This document shows, piece by piece, positions 20,689-33,628 of a DNA stretch of 64,000 nucleotides. Source of the DNA: a virus (Duplodnaviria; Caudoviricetes); the IMG/VR virus record IMGVR_UViG_3300001598_001791, positions 14,432-78,431 of that record. One strand, written 5' to 3'. Below the pieces are notes generated by a model, which made no database searches, was not told where the DNA came from, and saw only the letters and a list, made by a program, of their open reading frames with translations. The number at the start of each line of letters is the position of its first letter. Positions within the stretch are counted from its first letter, which is position 1. The translations under genes were made by a program, and so were the position numbers.

Positions 20689-21909
20689 ATGGGAAAGGAA
20701 AAAATATTAATGAAAAATAATGATAATTATTACATCAGAGAAGCCTTTAATAGATTAAAATGTCTCGATGAAGAAGTATTTGATCTATCTGTTGATTCAG
20801 GAAAATTAGATGATTTAAGATCATTTGTTAAAGATGATATTGAGGCACCATTTGATGAATATGTTATTGAAAGAGATGCTGAAACAGTAGATGACTTAAG
20901 AGATAATAATCTCGGAAGAATTGTTACTGCCTGTGAAAGTTGTGGTGCTAAAGTTTATACCGATACTTTGGTAGAAGATGAACAAACCGGTAAAATGAAT
21001 GTTGATGTTGAATGCCCTAATTGTGGAGCTAAACTTGGATATTTTGTCGTAGGTAAAATTGTTCCTTTTGAGAATAAAGAAGTAGAAGAAAACCCAGAAG
21101 TAAATGATATTGAAGATGGCGCTATCACAGATGATATTATTCAAAATGCATTAAAAGAAGAATTACAAGAAAGAGAAATTTGCCCTGAATGTGGTGAAGA
21201 AGAATGTGAATGTGATGAATCTTGTGAGAATGATGAATCATTGTCTAACTCTAAATTAGCGTCAGATGATTCAAAGAAATTAGATGAATCTATTGAAGAA
21301 GTTGAAGTAAAAACTGAAGATGGTGAAGTTGAAGTCGAAAAAGAAGATAATAAAATAACTATTGAATTTAAAGAAGAAAATAAAGAAGAAAATGGCCTTG
21401 AACAAATTGCACCTCTTTCAGATGAAGATATCAGAGAAATTGAAAATGGCTCAAAAGCTGATATTGATTTAGAAGTAGAAGAACCTATAGAAGATGACGA
21501 AAATGCTGAAGAAGGAGATATTGATGACTTCGATGAAGAAGGCTTTGAAAATATCAGTGAATCTTTCTTAACTAGAGTTTATGATAATGTCAAGTCATTT
21601 AGAGTTAATGAAGTCAAGGAAAATGAAAATAAAGGATTAGTTATTGAAGGATTAATTACTTTTGAATCAGGGAAACAAACAAAAACATCATTTGTATTTG
21701 AAAACGCTAAGAAAACAAAGAGAGGAAAAACTTTATTTGAAGGAAGAAATACTATGTTCTCAAAATCAAACAAAGCTTTCTTATTAAAAGGTAACGTTAG
21801 TGATAATAGTTTTGTCTGTGAAAGCTTAACGTACAATTATAACGCTTCAAATATCAATGAATCAAACCAATCTGAAACTATTAGAGTTTACGGAAGAGTT
21901 GTTAGATAA
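20689..21909 (+). CDS. Acidic hypothetical protein with CxxC zinc-ribbon motifs
   Basis: CESCG...CPNCG and CPECG; D/E-rich middle. Confidence 0.55.
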   Translation: MGKEKILMKNNDNYYIREAFNRLKCLDEEVFDLSVDSGKLDDLRSFVKDDIEAPFDEYVIERDAETVDDLRDNNLGRIVTACESCGAKVYTDTLVEDEQTGKMNVDVECPNCGAKLGYFVVGKIVPFENKEVEENPEVNDIEDGAITDDIIQNALKEELQEREICPECGEEECECDESCENDESLSNSKLASDDSKKLDESIEEVEVKTEDGEVEVEKEDNKITIEFKEENKEENGLEQIAPLSDEDIREIENGSKADIDLEVEEPIEDDENAEEGDIDDFDEEGFENISESFLTRVYDNVKSFRVNEVKENENKGLVIEGLITFESGKQTKTSFVFENAKKTKRGKTLFEGRNTMFSKSNKAFLLKGNVSDNSFVCESLTYNYNASNINESNQSETIRVYGRVVR

Positions 21910-21925
21910 TTAGAGGATTATTATA

Positions 21926-22411
21926 ATGGGAAACTATGGACGTCTGGTATTACCACCTATTGAATTACAAAGACAAAATTTTAAAGAGTGTTGTAAATTA
22001 TTGGGCGTCAAGACTCAATATCAATACCCACTAGAAAATAAACAGTATAATACTCAGACAGAGTTAGAAAGTAGTTATTCACTACCACAGGAAGTGTTCT
22101 GCATTTTTAATGAAAAGATGGATCAAAAAACAGCAAAGAGATTAGGTTGGAACGCTGAAGCTGATACAAAAGCTTCTATTATAAGTGTCCCATATGATCT
22201 AGAAAATCTTCAACTTGGGTGTCTATTTGAAATACCTAGTACTTTTGATAATACTCCCGGTAGAAAATTTAGAGTAATAGAGATGAGTGCTATCATGATA
22301 TATCCTGCATCTATTACCTGTAAATTAGCTCTTGAATATGAAACAGAAATGGAAAAATCAGATACTGAATTTTTTGTAAATAGCAACTTTAATTTACTAT
22401 ACGAGGGGTAA
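21926..22411 (+). CDS. Probable head-closure / neck protein
   Basis: Position in head-tail joining region; intact 161-aa ORF. Confidence 0.4.
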   Translation: MGNYGRLVLPPIELQRQNFKECCKLLGVKTQYQYPLENKQYNTQTELESSYSLPQEVFCIFNEKMDQKTAKRLGWNAEADTKASIISVPYDLENLQLGCLFEIPSTFDNTPGRKFRVIEMSAIMIYPASITCKLALEYETEMEKSDTEFFVNSNFNLLYEG

Positions 22412-22415
22412 TTCA

Positions 22416-23264
22416 ATGAAGATAATTAAATTAAGTGAAGAATCATCTGATATTAAAAAGAGGATTAACATTGGTAAAATTTACTCAACTCCGGGAGAGG
22501 CCTATAATAATTCTAAAAATCTTAAAGAACTAGACAATGCTGTAGCTTGACAAATAAATATAACTACTGGCAACCTAGATCCAATCAAAGATATGTTAGG
22601 GAAAGATAGTTATCTAGGAAAAGAAGAATCATTTAAAGGTAAGGGTGATGATCTACTGAAGGTTCTCCCACCTGGAACTCTTACAGAATTTGCTTCATCA
22701 ATTGGATGAGATGAACTAACCAACAAAAATAACTTATTCATGAAAGTTCTGTCAAAAGTTAAACCTGATGAGATAAATAAATTCTTTTCTAACAATTCAA
22801 TTAAAGATAAACCTTATGATAAGTTTATTACTATTTATAATGGATACGTAGATGGTTTATACAACCTAAATGATATTGAACATGCATTGAATGAAGGTAA
22901 CAGTTGGAATACTGCAAAAATCAATTCAGGTAGAAAACATACTAATCAGATTAAGAGTAATCGAGGTAATAACTCAGGTGAAGACATAAAATCTCCTGAT
23001 AGTAAAAATATGAATACTGACCTATTAACAACTCTTTATAATAAGTGTAAAAATTTACCACTCACAAAAGATAAACTCCCTACACAGGATAAAGATGAAT
23101 ACTACGACATACCTGATGATATTTTAGATAAAATACAGAAACTTGGTAATGATAATAACGGTACTGATAAATTAAGAAATGCTTTTTATAATTTAGAGGG
23201 GAAAGATCAAAAATCTTTAATTAACTCATTAAAGAAATTATCTGATGGATTAGATGAGAATTAA
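22416..23264 (+). CDS. Hypothetical protein (282 aa, code 4)
   Basis: ATG 22416 with RBS GAGGGG, 2 TGA, in frame with track ORF 22740-23264. Confidence 0.65.
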
Positions 23265-23619
23265 ATTAATTAAAAATGATTTTGATAGAAATTTTGTCTA
23301 TTACTATTTACCAAAGTTTATGTATAGTATACTAAACAATGAGTTGATCTATAATAGATCTAGTATCCATAGACTAGATTCTCTCTTAAATATAGATTGT
23401 CAAGAAATTATGCTATCTTCTTTTAGGAGATTAGATATTTCATATGATAATGATTATTATTATATAAAAATAAATCAAATTGATTTACCTTTAATCAGAG
23501 AAATTACTTATGGAAATCTTTCTTGCCGTGGATATGATCTTGTAATGAAAATATTTCAATTAGTTAGTGATAAAAAATATACTATTTATAGTGAATGGAA
23601 AGGTAATTATGGCTATTAG
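23254..23619 (+). CDS. Hypothetical protein
   Basis: 121 aa; overlaps both neighbours. Confidence 0.6.
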   Translation: MRIKLIKNDFDRNFVYYYLPKFMYSILNNELIYNRSSIHRLDSLLNIDCQEIMLSSFRRLDISYDNDYYYIKINQIDLPLIREITYGNLSCRGYDLVMKIFQLVSDKKYTIYSEWKGNYGY

Positions 23620-24223
23620 ATACTATGATTTGGCTCTAGTGGAAAAGATCAAAAAATGAATTAAAGATCCTAATTTAACAATATTGAGTCCATCAGATGC
23701 TTCAAGATTATTTCAGGTAACAGCAGATCAATTAAATGATCAGCCCTTAAAGTTACCATTAATTTCTATCTCAAGAGACCCAACTGTTGAGATTTTATCA
23801 ACTACTAAAAAGGCCTTATCTTATGACGGTGGTCATATTTCAGCAAATAGTAAAAAATCTGAAGTATTAAATGCGATACCTATTAAAATATCTTATCAGA
23901 TAGATATCTATACAAAGTTTTTTGCTGAAGCTGATGAGTATGTTAGAAATTTCGTGTTTAACCTTATTAACTATCCAAAGATTAGAATAGAGATCCCTTA
24001 TAATAACTCTAAAGTTTTACACGATTCAAACTTAATGGTCGAATCAAATATATCTGACAATTCAGATATACCAGAAAGATTAATTAACGGACAATTTACT
24101 CGGATGAGTTTAAAAGTTAATATAGATGATGCATATTTATTCAGTGTACCATTTATGGATAACTGGAACATCGAGTATATTGGAGATATAGATATAAAAG
24201 AAAAAATAGAAGGAGAAAAATAA
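23609..24223 (+). CDS. Probable tail terminator / sheath stabiliser (gp15-like)
   Basis: Starts MAIRYYDLALVEKIKKW(TGA)IKDP; LPLISISR and YQIDIYT motifs; immediately before the sheath. Confidence 0.5.
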
Positions 24224-24224
24224 A

Positions 24225-25550
24225 ATGCCATATATTAATATTAATGAAAGCGAAATTTCAACACCTTCATTATTTGATGTGACTGAGAATACGGTATTAA
24301 TTCCTATTTTATATGTAAGAAAATTAGAACTAGTTCCAGGTTCAACTGAATTAGAATATACAGAAACTGAAGTTCCTGCCGCTAAGTTGTATACATCGGC
24401 TACTGAGTTTAATAAAGATTTTTCAAGTGGCGGTGGCAAGAATGGGCAAGGCGCTCGATATATTTATTATAAAGATGATGAGTCTGGTATTGATAAGTCC
24501 TATCTCATGGCTTATGAGTTATTACTAAGCGGATTAAACGTAGTGATCAAGCCAATTAAATTTGATAATAAAGAATTGTGGGATTCTGCATCATTTCAAA
24601 CAAAAATTACATATAATGCTGCCCTTATTAAAATAGCCAATGAAGTAAATGATGGTTTATTAAAAGAATTTAATGATAGAAATAATTTTAATATTAAATT
24701 CCTTACCACTGGTGGCTACTATAATGTAAAAGTACCTATTGGATATGATGAAGTAAAACAAGAAATAATTTATAGTAACCCATGTCTTGAGCTTGAAAGT
24801 ATTGCTAATTCCAGACAAGATTGTGTAGCATTATTTGAATTTAAAGAATTTGATAATACTGATGATTTCTTAACATTACTTAATGATCAAAACCCTGGCT
24901 CGGGAAGTATTTATTCAACTGCTTTCTTCCCTTGGTGTTTATTTAACACTACTAAACAATCAAATATTATAATGCCTGCATGCTTTGGATATCTAATGGC
25001 CTATGCTAATTCAATCCAAAACAATGCTAACTGGTTTGCTGCTTCAGGAGTTAACCGTGGTTATATCCCTAAAATGATTGCACCAGTAGTTGAAGTAGGT
25101 GAAGCATTTATGCATATCTTACAAGGTGACAATACAGGTAACAAATTAAGTTGTAGAGTTAATCCAATTATGAATGCCGGTTCATATGGATATCGTATTT
25201 GGGGTAACAAGGTATATTATCCAACACCTGTTACTGAAAATCAATACAGAGAATATTTGAATGTCAGAATCTTACTATGTGATATTAAGAAACAAATTTA
25301 TCATTCTGCCATGAGAACAACTTTTGAACCAAATGATGATTTAGTTTGGATTAATTTCAAGAGCTTATGTAATTCATTATTAGATACAATGAAGAGTGGC
25401 CGTGGAATTAAATGGTATAAATGGGAAAAAGTTAAATCAGATAAATATGCTACTATTACTGCTAAATTATGAGTTACACCTATCGAGGCAGTTGAATCAT
25501 TTGACATCAGTGTCATATTAACTTCTGAAGAAGTAAATGTTACAGAATAG
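24225..25550 (+). CDS. Tail sheath protein (441 aa, code 4)
   Basis: WFAASGVNRG, RVNPI, IWGNK, LNVRILL sheath motifs; extended through TGA 25470-25472. Confidence 0.85.
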
Positions 25551-25562
25551 GAGAGATAAGTA

Positions 25563-26141
25563 ATGGCGATTAATACAACAACAGATTTTGGTGTCTATCA
25601 TTTAGCTGATACTCCAGATGCATATCAACCAGTAAGAACAAATAATTTTAGATTCTCAGTTACTGGATTAAACGGAATTTTAAGAGTTGGTGATGATTCA
25701 GAAGTATTTGATAAGGCTGAAGAAGTCCTTGACTTCTCAGTAGTTAAATTTGATGCTCCACATTTTAAACAAGATGAAATTCCTGTTCAAAGAGGTAACT
25801 CAACTATGTATTTTGCTGGTAAAGCCTCATTTGATACTGGTAATTTAGTTATCAATGACTTTGCCGGAGCAGAAGGAAAATCAATTCTTGAAGCTTGGCA
25901 AAATTTATCTTATGATGTTATTAATGATATTATACCTTCATCAACTGTATATAAGAGAGATGCTATTGTTTTAGAATATTTACCTGATAATACTTTAATT
26001 CGTTATTGGGAATTAAAAGGATGTTGGGTAAAAGGTATTACTGAAACAGGATGGGATAATGAGTCATCAACTAAGAAAGTTGTTACGGCAACAATCCGTT
26101 ATGATAGAGCAATTCCACATACATCAAAAGCTGAATTATAA
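25563..26141 (+). CDS. Tail tube protein (gp19-like)
   Basis: Follows sheath; YKRDAIVLEY...WELKGCW...VTATIRYDRA. Confidence 0.75.
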   Translation: MAINTTTDFGVYHLADTPDAYQPVRTNNFRFSVTGLNGILRVGDDSEVFDKAEEVLDFSVVKFDAPHFKQDEIPVQRGNSTMYFAGKASFDTGNLVINDFAGAEGKSILEAWQNLSYDVINDIIPSSTVYKRDAIVLEYLPDNTLIRYWELKGCWVKGITETGWDNESSTKKVVTATIRYDRAIPHTSKAEL

Positions 26142-26145
26142 TAAT

Positions 26146-26174
26146 TAAAGGCTGATTATAAAATCAGCTTTTTA
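26146..26174 (+). terminator. Intrinsic terminator after tail tube gene
   Basis: AGGCTGATT-ataa-AATCAGCTT + T run. Confidence 0.7.
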
Positions 26175-26233
26175 TTTGAGAAACCTTTGCTAAAATTATT
26201 ATAATTAGACATATAGATAGGAGAAAGAGAGAT

Positions 26234-26464
26234 ATGATAATCAAGAAAGAATATAAGTCTAAAAACGCTATAAGTTACACATTGACAGACAATATAGAAA
26301 AAATTGACTCAGGAGTCCTTGAGAACGGTACTAGCTTTATAAATGTATATAAGCGAGATCGTAAGAAAGATGATGATTTTGAGACTATTTTAATTGAGTC
26401 TGTCAATATTTATGTTTGTAATGATGAGGGAAAAACTTTATCAATTTTTAGATCAAATAGATAG
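26234..26464 (+). CDS. Hypothetical protein
   Basis: 76 aa, RBS GGAG. Confidence 0.55.
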   Translation: MIIKKEYKSKNAISYTLTDNIEKIDSGVLENGTSFINVYKRDRKKDDDFETILIESVNIYVCNDEGKTLSIFRSNR

Positions 26465-26473
26465 GAAGATATT

Positions 26474-27226
26474 ATGGGAAAAGAAATTATTACAGAAGAA
26501 TACACATTACCAAGTTTAGGTAATATTTACAAAACTAAATTTAATCCAGAAGTAAAATTAAGATCGATGACTGTCGCTGAAGAAATGAAGAGATTATCTC
26601 CATCTAAAAATCCTTATAAAACAATGTCTGAAATTATTGAAGATTGTTTAGTTGAGAAATTACCTATACCTGTTTATAACTTATGTATCGGTGATTATAC
26701 TTATTTATTACACAAATTAAGAGTTACTACCTATGGCCCAGATTATGTAATTAACTATAGATGTCCTGTTTGTGGAAATAATGAAAAAATAATAATTAAT
26801 TTAGATGATATTGAAGTATTTAAATATAATGACTCTATTATTAATGATATGAGTTTTACTTTACCTAAGTTAGGAAACGTAGTAAAACTAAGATTCCAAA
26901 CACCACGTGACTTAGATACTATTGAAAGAAAGAAAAGAGAATTCGAAGAGAAATTCCCAGACCACAAAGAAGATCAAACAATACTTCTTACATTAGAATC
27001 ACTAATTGATACAATAGATGACGAACCACTTGATCCTATTTTAGGAAAAGAATGGTTAAGACAATTAAATATGATGGATATGAACACTATTGCACAAAAA
27101 GCTACACAACTACAATCAAAAATAGGTGTTAATAATTTAGTTAATTTAAAATGTAGTAAGTGTGGTAATGAGGTAACGACACCCTTTCGCTACACAAGTG
27201 AATTTTTTGGACCCTCTATTGGATAG
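26474..27226 (+). CDS. Baseplate hub assembly / tail assembly protein (gp26-like)
   Basis: TLPSLG, LRSMTVAEE, CPVCG and CSKCG zinc motifs. Confidence 0.6.
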   Translation: MGKEIITEEYTLPSLGNIYKTKFNPEVKLRSMTVAEEMKRLSPSKNPYKTMSEIIEDCLVEKLPIPVYNLCIGDYTYLLHKLRVTTYGPDYVINYRCPVCGNNEKIIINLDDIEVFKYNDSIINDMSFTLPKLGNVVKLRFQTPRDLDTIERKKREFEEKFPDHKEDQTILLTLESLIDTIDDEPLDPILGKEWLRQLNMMDMNTIAQKATQLQSKIGVNNLVNLKCSKCGNEVTTPFRYTSEFFGPSIG

Positions 27227-27434
27227 TAGAGGAAATCCATATGGACCTACTAGACTAAAAGAAATAATAAAAGAATGTTTTATGATTTCTAAAAATTGTA
27301 GTACTTCATACGTAGATATTTTAAAAATGACTCCTACTGAGAAAAAATATCTATGTGAATTTATTATTGAGGATGCCAAAAAAGCACAGGAAATGATAGA
27401 AGAAAATAGAGACCGATTGAGAAACAACCAATAA
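27198..27434 (+). CDS. Small tail assembly protein (gp51-like)
   Basis: TSYVDILKMTPTEK motif; overlaps the preceding gene. Confidence 0.4.
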   Translation: MNFLDPLLDSRGNPYGPTRLKEIIKECFMISKNCSTSYVDILKMTPTEKKYLCEFIIEDAKKAQEMIEENRDRLRNNQ

Positions 27435-27450
27435 AGGAGGTAACTAAACT

Positions 27451-29262
27451 ATGCCAAATAGAATGGGGAATGGAAATAATTATACCCTGAACTCTGCTAT
27501 TAAATATCTAGAAAATAATAAGAAAACAGATCAAGATGAAGCCTCCCTTGAGATTTTAAAAGACGCCAAAAGAGAAGAGATTGCCAAGAAGGAACTAGAT
27601 CAGAGAAAAAAAATTGAAGAATTAGTCCATCAAGCTAAATTAGAGAATTTAAAAAAAGAAGGTAAAGTACTTCAGGCTGGACTTGAAGAGGCTGGAGATA
27701 AGTTTCAAGAAAAACTTGAAGAGGCGACAAATAAGCTAGTATCAGGTATCCAAAGCGGTGACTATACTAAATCTCTAACTTCTACATTGGACGGAATTAT
27801 TGATAATTATATTAGCGCACAAGAAAGTTTATCAGCACACTTAGTCGGAAGCAATACTCAGCTATCAGATATGATAAATAACCTAAATGGTGCATTATCT
27901 TCAACTAGTTTAGTAAAACAAGAAAGTGTCTATAATAATTTATCTAAATTAGTTGAGTCTGGTATTGTTTATAACGTTGAACAAAGAGCTTTTCTTGAAA
28001 CGTTATCACAAGATCTTGATATGACCTTCAATGCCGCTGACGGTACTCTTTCAAGATTAATCAGATTACAAACAGAAGATTTGAGTGCTAATAGAATGGC
28101 TATTGAATATAGTTTACAAGAGTTCTTGAATCAAAACTATAATACATCTGAGTATATCAAAGGAGCTTTTACTGACGTATCGTCTGCTATTATTGAGATG
28201 CAATCATTAGTATCTGCTAGTCAAGCTGTTTCATTAGAAACAGGAATTCAAACTTGGTTAGGTACTTACTATAGTGCTGGTGTCGACAAGTCTACAGTAA
28301 CTAGTTTAGCTAGCGCTATTAATGCTTTGGGTAGTGGTGACATTTCTAATTTGGGAAGTGGTATTTCTAACTTGGTGTTAATGGGTGCTGCTAGGATGGG
28401 TATGGATTATGGTGGACTTCTTACTAATGGATTATCTACGGCAGACCTTGATAAATTAATGACTGGTATTACCGGATATCTACAAGAAATAAATAGCGGT
28501 TATTCTAGTAATGTTGTTAAGTCACAATTAGCCAGCTTATTCGGGGTTAAAGTATCTGACTTAGTAGCATCAGGTAATCTTAGAGCAACTACAGGAACAG
28601 TTAGCTCAGATATATATTCAACTGTTTTAAGTGATTTAGGTAGTTTAGTCCCATGGCAACAATGGATACAGAATTCATTAGGTAATGCTATGTTTACTTG
28701 AGGTACTTCAATTGCTTCTGATTCTGGTGAATATATTGCCTATGAAATAGAGAAGTTAATATCAAATTCTGGTATTGGGACAATGGTTAATGAATGAGGT
28801 AATACTCTTGGTGGATTAGGTGGCTTGGCCCTCAATCTTTTGGGGACTGGGTTAAGTAACGCACCTCTTCTTTCTTTATTCACCTCAGGTGCCTTTGAAA
28901 ATATTTTAAGTTCAATTTCAGGAACGGTGACTTCTGGTGCTTCTAATATATTTGATAGTTTATATAGAGCTAATACTTTAGGATCTGTTTTTAAATTTTC
29001 AGGAAGTAATCAATCTGGTACCATGTATATATCGACTGGTACTGAAGATTTATTGAATGGGTCAAGTAGCACAGTTACTGATTTTAGTAATTCTATCAAC
29101 AATTATACTGGAGACACTGAAGAACCAATTGATTTCATAAGATCTGATGTTGCTAGTATTTTAGATTTTTTAACTAATAACCTTTTGGATTTATCAGGTA
29201 AAGTAAGTGAGTTAAATGAGACAATCGGTAAAATGGACTTTGGTCAATTGGGTGGATATTAG
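27451..29262 (+). CDS. Tape-measure-like protein (603 aa, code 4)
   Basis: Track ORFs 27451 and 28825 joined by 2 TGA; helical, S/G/A-rich; position after tail chaperones. Confidence 0.55.
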
Positions 29263-29273
29263 GAGGTAATTAA

Positions 29274-30710
29274 ATGAAATATAACTTTCAAGATACATCT
29301 ATTATTGTTGGTCAAATAAAAGAGTTATTAAGAAACTTTAATTTACCAATGATACCTGTCTATTCAGAAAAAACAGTTTTATATGATAATAGAGTATATA
29401 TAAAAAATAATGATATCGTGAAATATCATAAACTAGATAATTCATTTGAGGTTTTAGGCAATTATATGTATGGAAAAGAGTTTCTGAACTTAACAAAGAA
29501 AATGGAACTCAATTCATCTAATTATGATACATATACTCATAAATGTTTAGGTGATTATTTAAGATTTATCCGTGATTATAAAAAAATTAACTTAATGTCT
29601 ATGTATAATTGTTTTGGTAATCAACAACCCTCTAGAATATATAGTTCAGTAAAATTGTCTTCAGGTAACTATTTAATTGATACCGATGATAAAAGATACA
29701 ATTTTTATATTATTCCAGTAAAATTTAATGAAGTTTACACTATTGCAATTGATTCAGCTGCTAGATATGATATTTTCTGTTGTTTTTATAATAATAAGTT
29801 CATTACAGATACACCAGTTAATTTAATAGAACAATCTTTATTAGTGAAAAATGGATCTAACTTTAACTCACCCTTTATTTATAACACTAATTTCAAGTGT
29901 GCTGAAAATTGTTGGAGGAAAGAGAAAGATCTCATGATGGTATTAAAATTACCACAAATAGTTAATTCATCAGTTGTTATCTTAGAAGGAAATTATACTG
30001 AAAGTTGTAATATCGTAGATGGTACACTAGTAACTGATTATCATTACAACGATAATAACTTACCAGAAAATTATTTATCAAAAATTTCACTACTACAATA
30101 CAATAATAAAATAAGTTATCCCTTTAGTGATAGGTTAGTTGAATACTTAACAAATAATGCTATTACTTCACAAGATACAATTAATAAAAATATCGAAAGA
30201 GTTCAAGATGGGTTGTATCCAGTAGTTTTAAATGGATATTATGGATTATGAGATGAATCCATCAGAAGTGATATCTATAAACACTCAATTGAAGAGGATA
30301 AGACTAAAGGTAAAATTGGGAGATATGGTAATATTATTAAGCGTGACATAACTAAACTAAGAATACCTAAGTCTTTCAGAGATCTGTATAAAGACTTAAT
30401 TTACTGTGTAGATAAAGATGTAGAGACTATGATCTCAGTTCTATGAGATACCCTAATTATTTTAGATCACGGAGTTGGTATTACCTTTGATAAAAAGATT
30501 GTAAATCCTGTTACAAAAATAGTTGTTAAATATGGAGAAGACCTACCTGTTATCAGTGTACCTTCAAAATCTGGGTTTAAATTAGATGGTTATTATAATA
30601 AACCAGATGGTGAAGGGATAAAATATTACAATGATAAAGGTAATCCATTATTAAAATGAAATATTCTTACAACTAAAGAAACTCTATATGCATATTGGGT
30701 GGAGGTATAA
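29274..30710 (+). CDS. Tail/baseplate protein with C-terminal Listeria-Bacteroides (InlB B-type) repeat (478 aa, code 4)
   Basis: 3 TGA; C-terminus YGEDLP...PSKSGFKLDGYY...TLYAYW. Confidence 0.6.
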
Positions 30711-30712
30711 TT

Positions 30713-31435
30713 ATGGAAAATAAAGGAATTAGTTTATTAGATAATTACATTTATTTATACCACTTAGAGAAATTTTGTTTAATACCTACATACCCAGATT
30801 CTATTCAAGATTCGATGAGATCATCATTTGAAGAAACACAAGCACTATCAAGATCAGCACCTGTATTTTCTTATAAAAATTCAGGACCTAGAAGTGTCCA
30901 TATTTCTCTAACATTACATCGTGATATGATGAATGATCTTAACAGAGATATCTCTAATTTAAAGGATAATGTAGTAGATTTCAGAGGAGATGACTATGTA
31001 GATACTTTAATAAAATATTTGCAATCATGTTCTCTACCAAAATATAATAGTTATAGTGGAGGCTCTAAGGGTGTTATTCCACCAATGGTAGCCGTTAGAT
31101 TTGGTAATAATATTTTTATAAAAGGTGTTATTAACTCTGAAATTTCAATTACTTGGAAGAAACCTATCACCGTAAATAATAAGTATATTCAATGTGAGAT
31201 ATCATTTAATATAACAGAGTCAGATCCATATGATGCAGTGTCAGTTGCCTCTGAGGGATCATTTAGAGGTCTTACCAGAACGTTTAAAGATGGAATATTT
31301 AAATCTGAGACATTAGGCCCAATTATGAACACAGTTAATTCTGTAGATACTAATAATGCTAGTGGAAGTAATGAAGATATTAAGAGTAAATCAGTTAACC
31401 AAAAAATTACTCCAAGAGTATGAGGAGGTAAATAG
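30713..31435 (+). CDS. Tail tube initiator / baseplate protein
   Basis: RSAPVFSYKNSGPRSV motif; ends ...PRVW(TGA)GGK-TAG abutting the next ATG. Confidence 0.5.
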
Positions 31436-31756
31436 ATGAGTGTGTTAATTAATAAAGGAAAAAAAGACTATAATTACACTTCAAGATATGCTATCTTCCC
31501 CTATTACTATAATACAAATGATAAAAAATATGTGTATGGTATTACAGGAAGCCTGAGGCAAGATACTGAGTATACATTACATACAGTTGAAGATACTGAT
31601 ACTCTAGACTCTCTTGCTTTAAAATATTATGGTAGACCTGATTTCTTCTGGATCATTGCTGATTTTAATAGAATAAATGATTCATATACTAATCTAAAAG
31701 AAAATTATAATTTTTTATATATTCCATCATTAAGTGGGATCAGATACAAAAAATAG
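31436..31756 (+). CDS. LysM/tail-X-like baseplate protein
   Basis: HTVEDTDTLDSLALKYYGRPDFFWIIADFN. Confidence 0.7.
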   Translation: MSVLINKGKKDYNYTSRYAIFPYYYNTNDKKYVYGITGSLRQDTEYTLHTVEDTDTLDSLALKYYGRPDFFWIIADFNRINDSYTNLKENYNFLYIPSLSGIRYKK

Positions 31757-31766
31757 GAGATAATTT

Positions 31767-33050
31767 ATGGGTGATATTTTAAGTAGATCGAATGGCCCTA
31801 CATCTTTAATTTCAACAGTTTGCTTAGTTGAAGCACCTTTTATTAGAGTTCAATTAGGTGGTTTTACTATGGGGGTTTATGAGGGAAAGACATCTGTTGA
31901 AAATACTGCCAATGGTGTCGTTACTACGGTTACGAATAAATACCCAAATTACGTTCAGGAATTAAGTATAAAGAAAATTAATGGCAGTGTTAACCAATAT
32001 AGTTTAACAATAAAATATCCTATTACAGAAAACAACGACCCAAATTTCTTTGAAAAATTACTTAGTTCAGTTTCAACAACTAGAAAGATTTCAATTACCT
32101 ATGGTGACTTTATGTTACCAGATTATATTTATAGAGATGAAGAAGCTATTATTACTAAAGTTACTAATAGGTTTAATATTGCTACTTCAGTTATCGATTA
32201 TACTATAGAAGCTGTGTCTGCTGCAAAATTAACACTTAGCGGTACCTATAATTTCCCGTCAGTATATGCTAAACCTAGTGATATTATTATTCAAAAACTA
32301 TATGAAAGCTCATATCATTTAACTGATGTTTTTGTGGGAATGAGAGATCGGTCGTTAGTTGAACAACTAGGATTGATAGCGACTGATGATCAACCTACTC
32401 AAATACCTACATGCACAAACGTTTCTATTCTTGAATATATTTCGACTCTAGTTGATTATATGGCACCAGAAGGTAGTGGTAATTCAGCTATCAAGTCAAA
32501 CATATATTCACTTGCTACTTTTGAAGACACCACCGGTACTATAGGTGGAGCTTATTTTAAAGTTCAAAAAATTCAAAAGTCATCAAATTCATTGAATCAG
32601 TTATGTACTTACAACATTGATATTGGCTACCCATCATCAAATGTAATTACTGACTTCAGTGTTAATAATGATGAGAACTGGTCGATGTATTATAACTATA
32701 ATAGGGATCTAGGTAATTCTGATTACATAAAAAGAATTGACAGTAAAGGTGAAGTTGAGTACATATTTTCACCACAATTGATGGGTACTAATTTTAGTTT
32801 TAAGGAATCAGACTCAACTTGGTGGACTAGAGTTACTGAGTATCCAATAACTGCTACTATAAAATTAAAGGGTTTATTAAAACCAGCAGTATTGATGAGT
32901 TATGTTAAATTAAATGTTTGGTTTTATGGCCATAAACATATATTGAGTGGGTTCTATTTAATTAAAAACCAGGTTGATAGAGTAGGATATTCAGGTTATT
33001 CCACAACATTAACCTTATTAAGAGTAGCCCCAGATGAGGATATGCAATAA
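31767..33050 (+). CDS. Baseplate hub protein (gp27/GpD-like)
   Basis: Position; beta-rich C-terminus ATIKLKG...GFYLIKNQVDRVGYSGYSTTLTLLR. Confidence 0.55.
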   Translation: MGDILSRSNGPTSLISTVCLVEAPFIRVQLGGFTMGVYEGKTSVENTANGVVTTVTNKYPNYVQELSIKKINGSVNQYSLTIKYPITENNDPNFFEKLLSSVSTTRKISITYGDFMLPDYIYRDEEAIITKVTNRFNIATSVIDYTIEAVSAAKLTLSGTYNFPSVYAKPSDIIIQKLYESSYHLTDVFVGMRDRSLVEQLGLIATDDQPTQIPTCTNVSILEYISTLVDYMAPEGSGNSAIKSNIYSLATFEDTTGTIGGAYFKVQKIQKSSNSLNQLCTYNIDIGYPSSNVITDFSVNNDENWSMYYNYNRDLGNSDYIKRIDSKGEVEYIFSPQLMGTNFSFKESDSTWWTRVTEYPITATIKLKGLLKPAVLMSYVKLNVWFYGHKHILSGFYLIKNQVDRVGYSGYSTTLTLLRVAPDEDMQ

Positions 33051-33628
33051 TGATAGTTACTAAAGCTTATATAACAGAGATGCCAAAAGATGGCGATAAT
33101 ATCTTTAAGGTTAATGTACCCTTGATGTCAGATAACACTTTAAATGATGCTATATTTGATGCGTTATTGTGTACTGACCCTATTAGTTATAGTGGTTATT
33201 CTGTTGGTGACCCAGTCTTTGTGACATTTGAAGATGAAAAATATAATATTGCTATAATTTTAGGTAAATTATTTGTTTCTATACCAACAGAGTCTAAGTC
33301 ATATACTATTACAAATGAATTGAGAGTAACTGGACAAGCAAACTTACCACCAAGTACAAAATTTGGAGAGTATACCGTTCAAGACTTCACTAATTTATAT
33401 AATGCTACACTTAATTCAGGTGGAGGATCGCTAGATAAAGAAGGATTAGAAAAGTACTTAAAAGAATATGTTAAGTGAGAAAGCACTGAAGAAATAATAG
33501 AAGAAGAACCAGTAGAGGTTTTTGCGAATAAAATTTTATGTATGTCAGGTGAAACCTACTCTCTGATAACACCAGTAGATAATACATTATACTTCTTAAC
33601 AAGTGTACCTACAGAGGAAACTCAATAA
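33050..33628 (+). CDS. Probable baseplate spike / OB-fold protein (192 aa, code 4)
   Basis: FKVNVP...YSVGDPVFVTFED...IILGKL; extended via TGA 33476-33478. Confidence 0.45.
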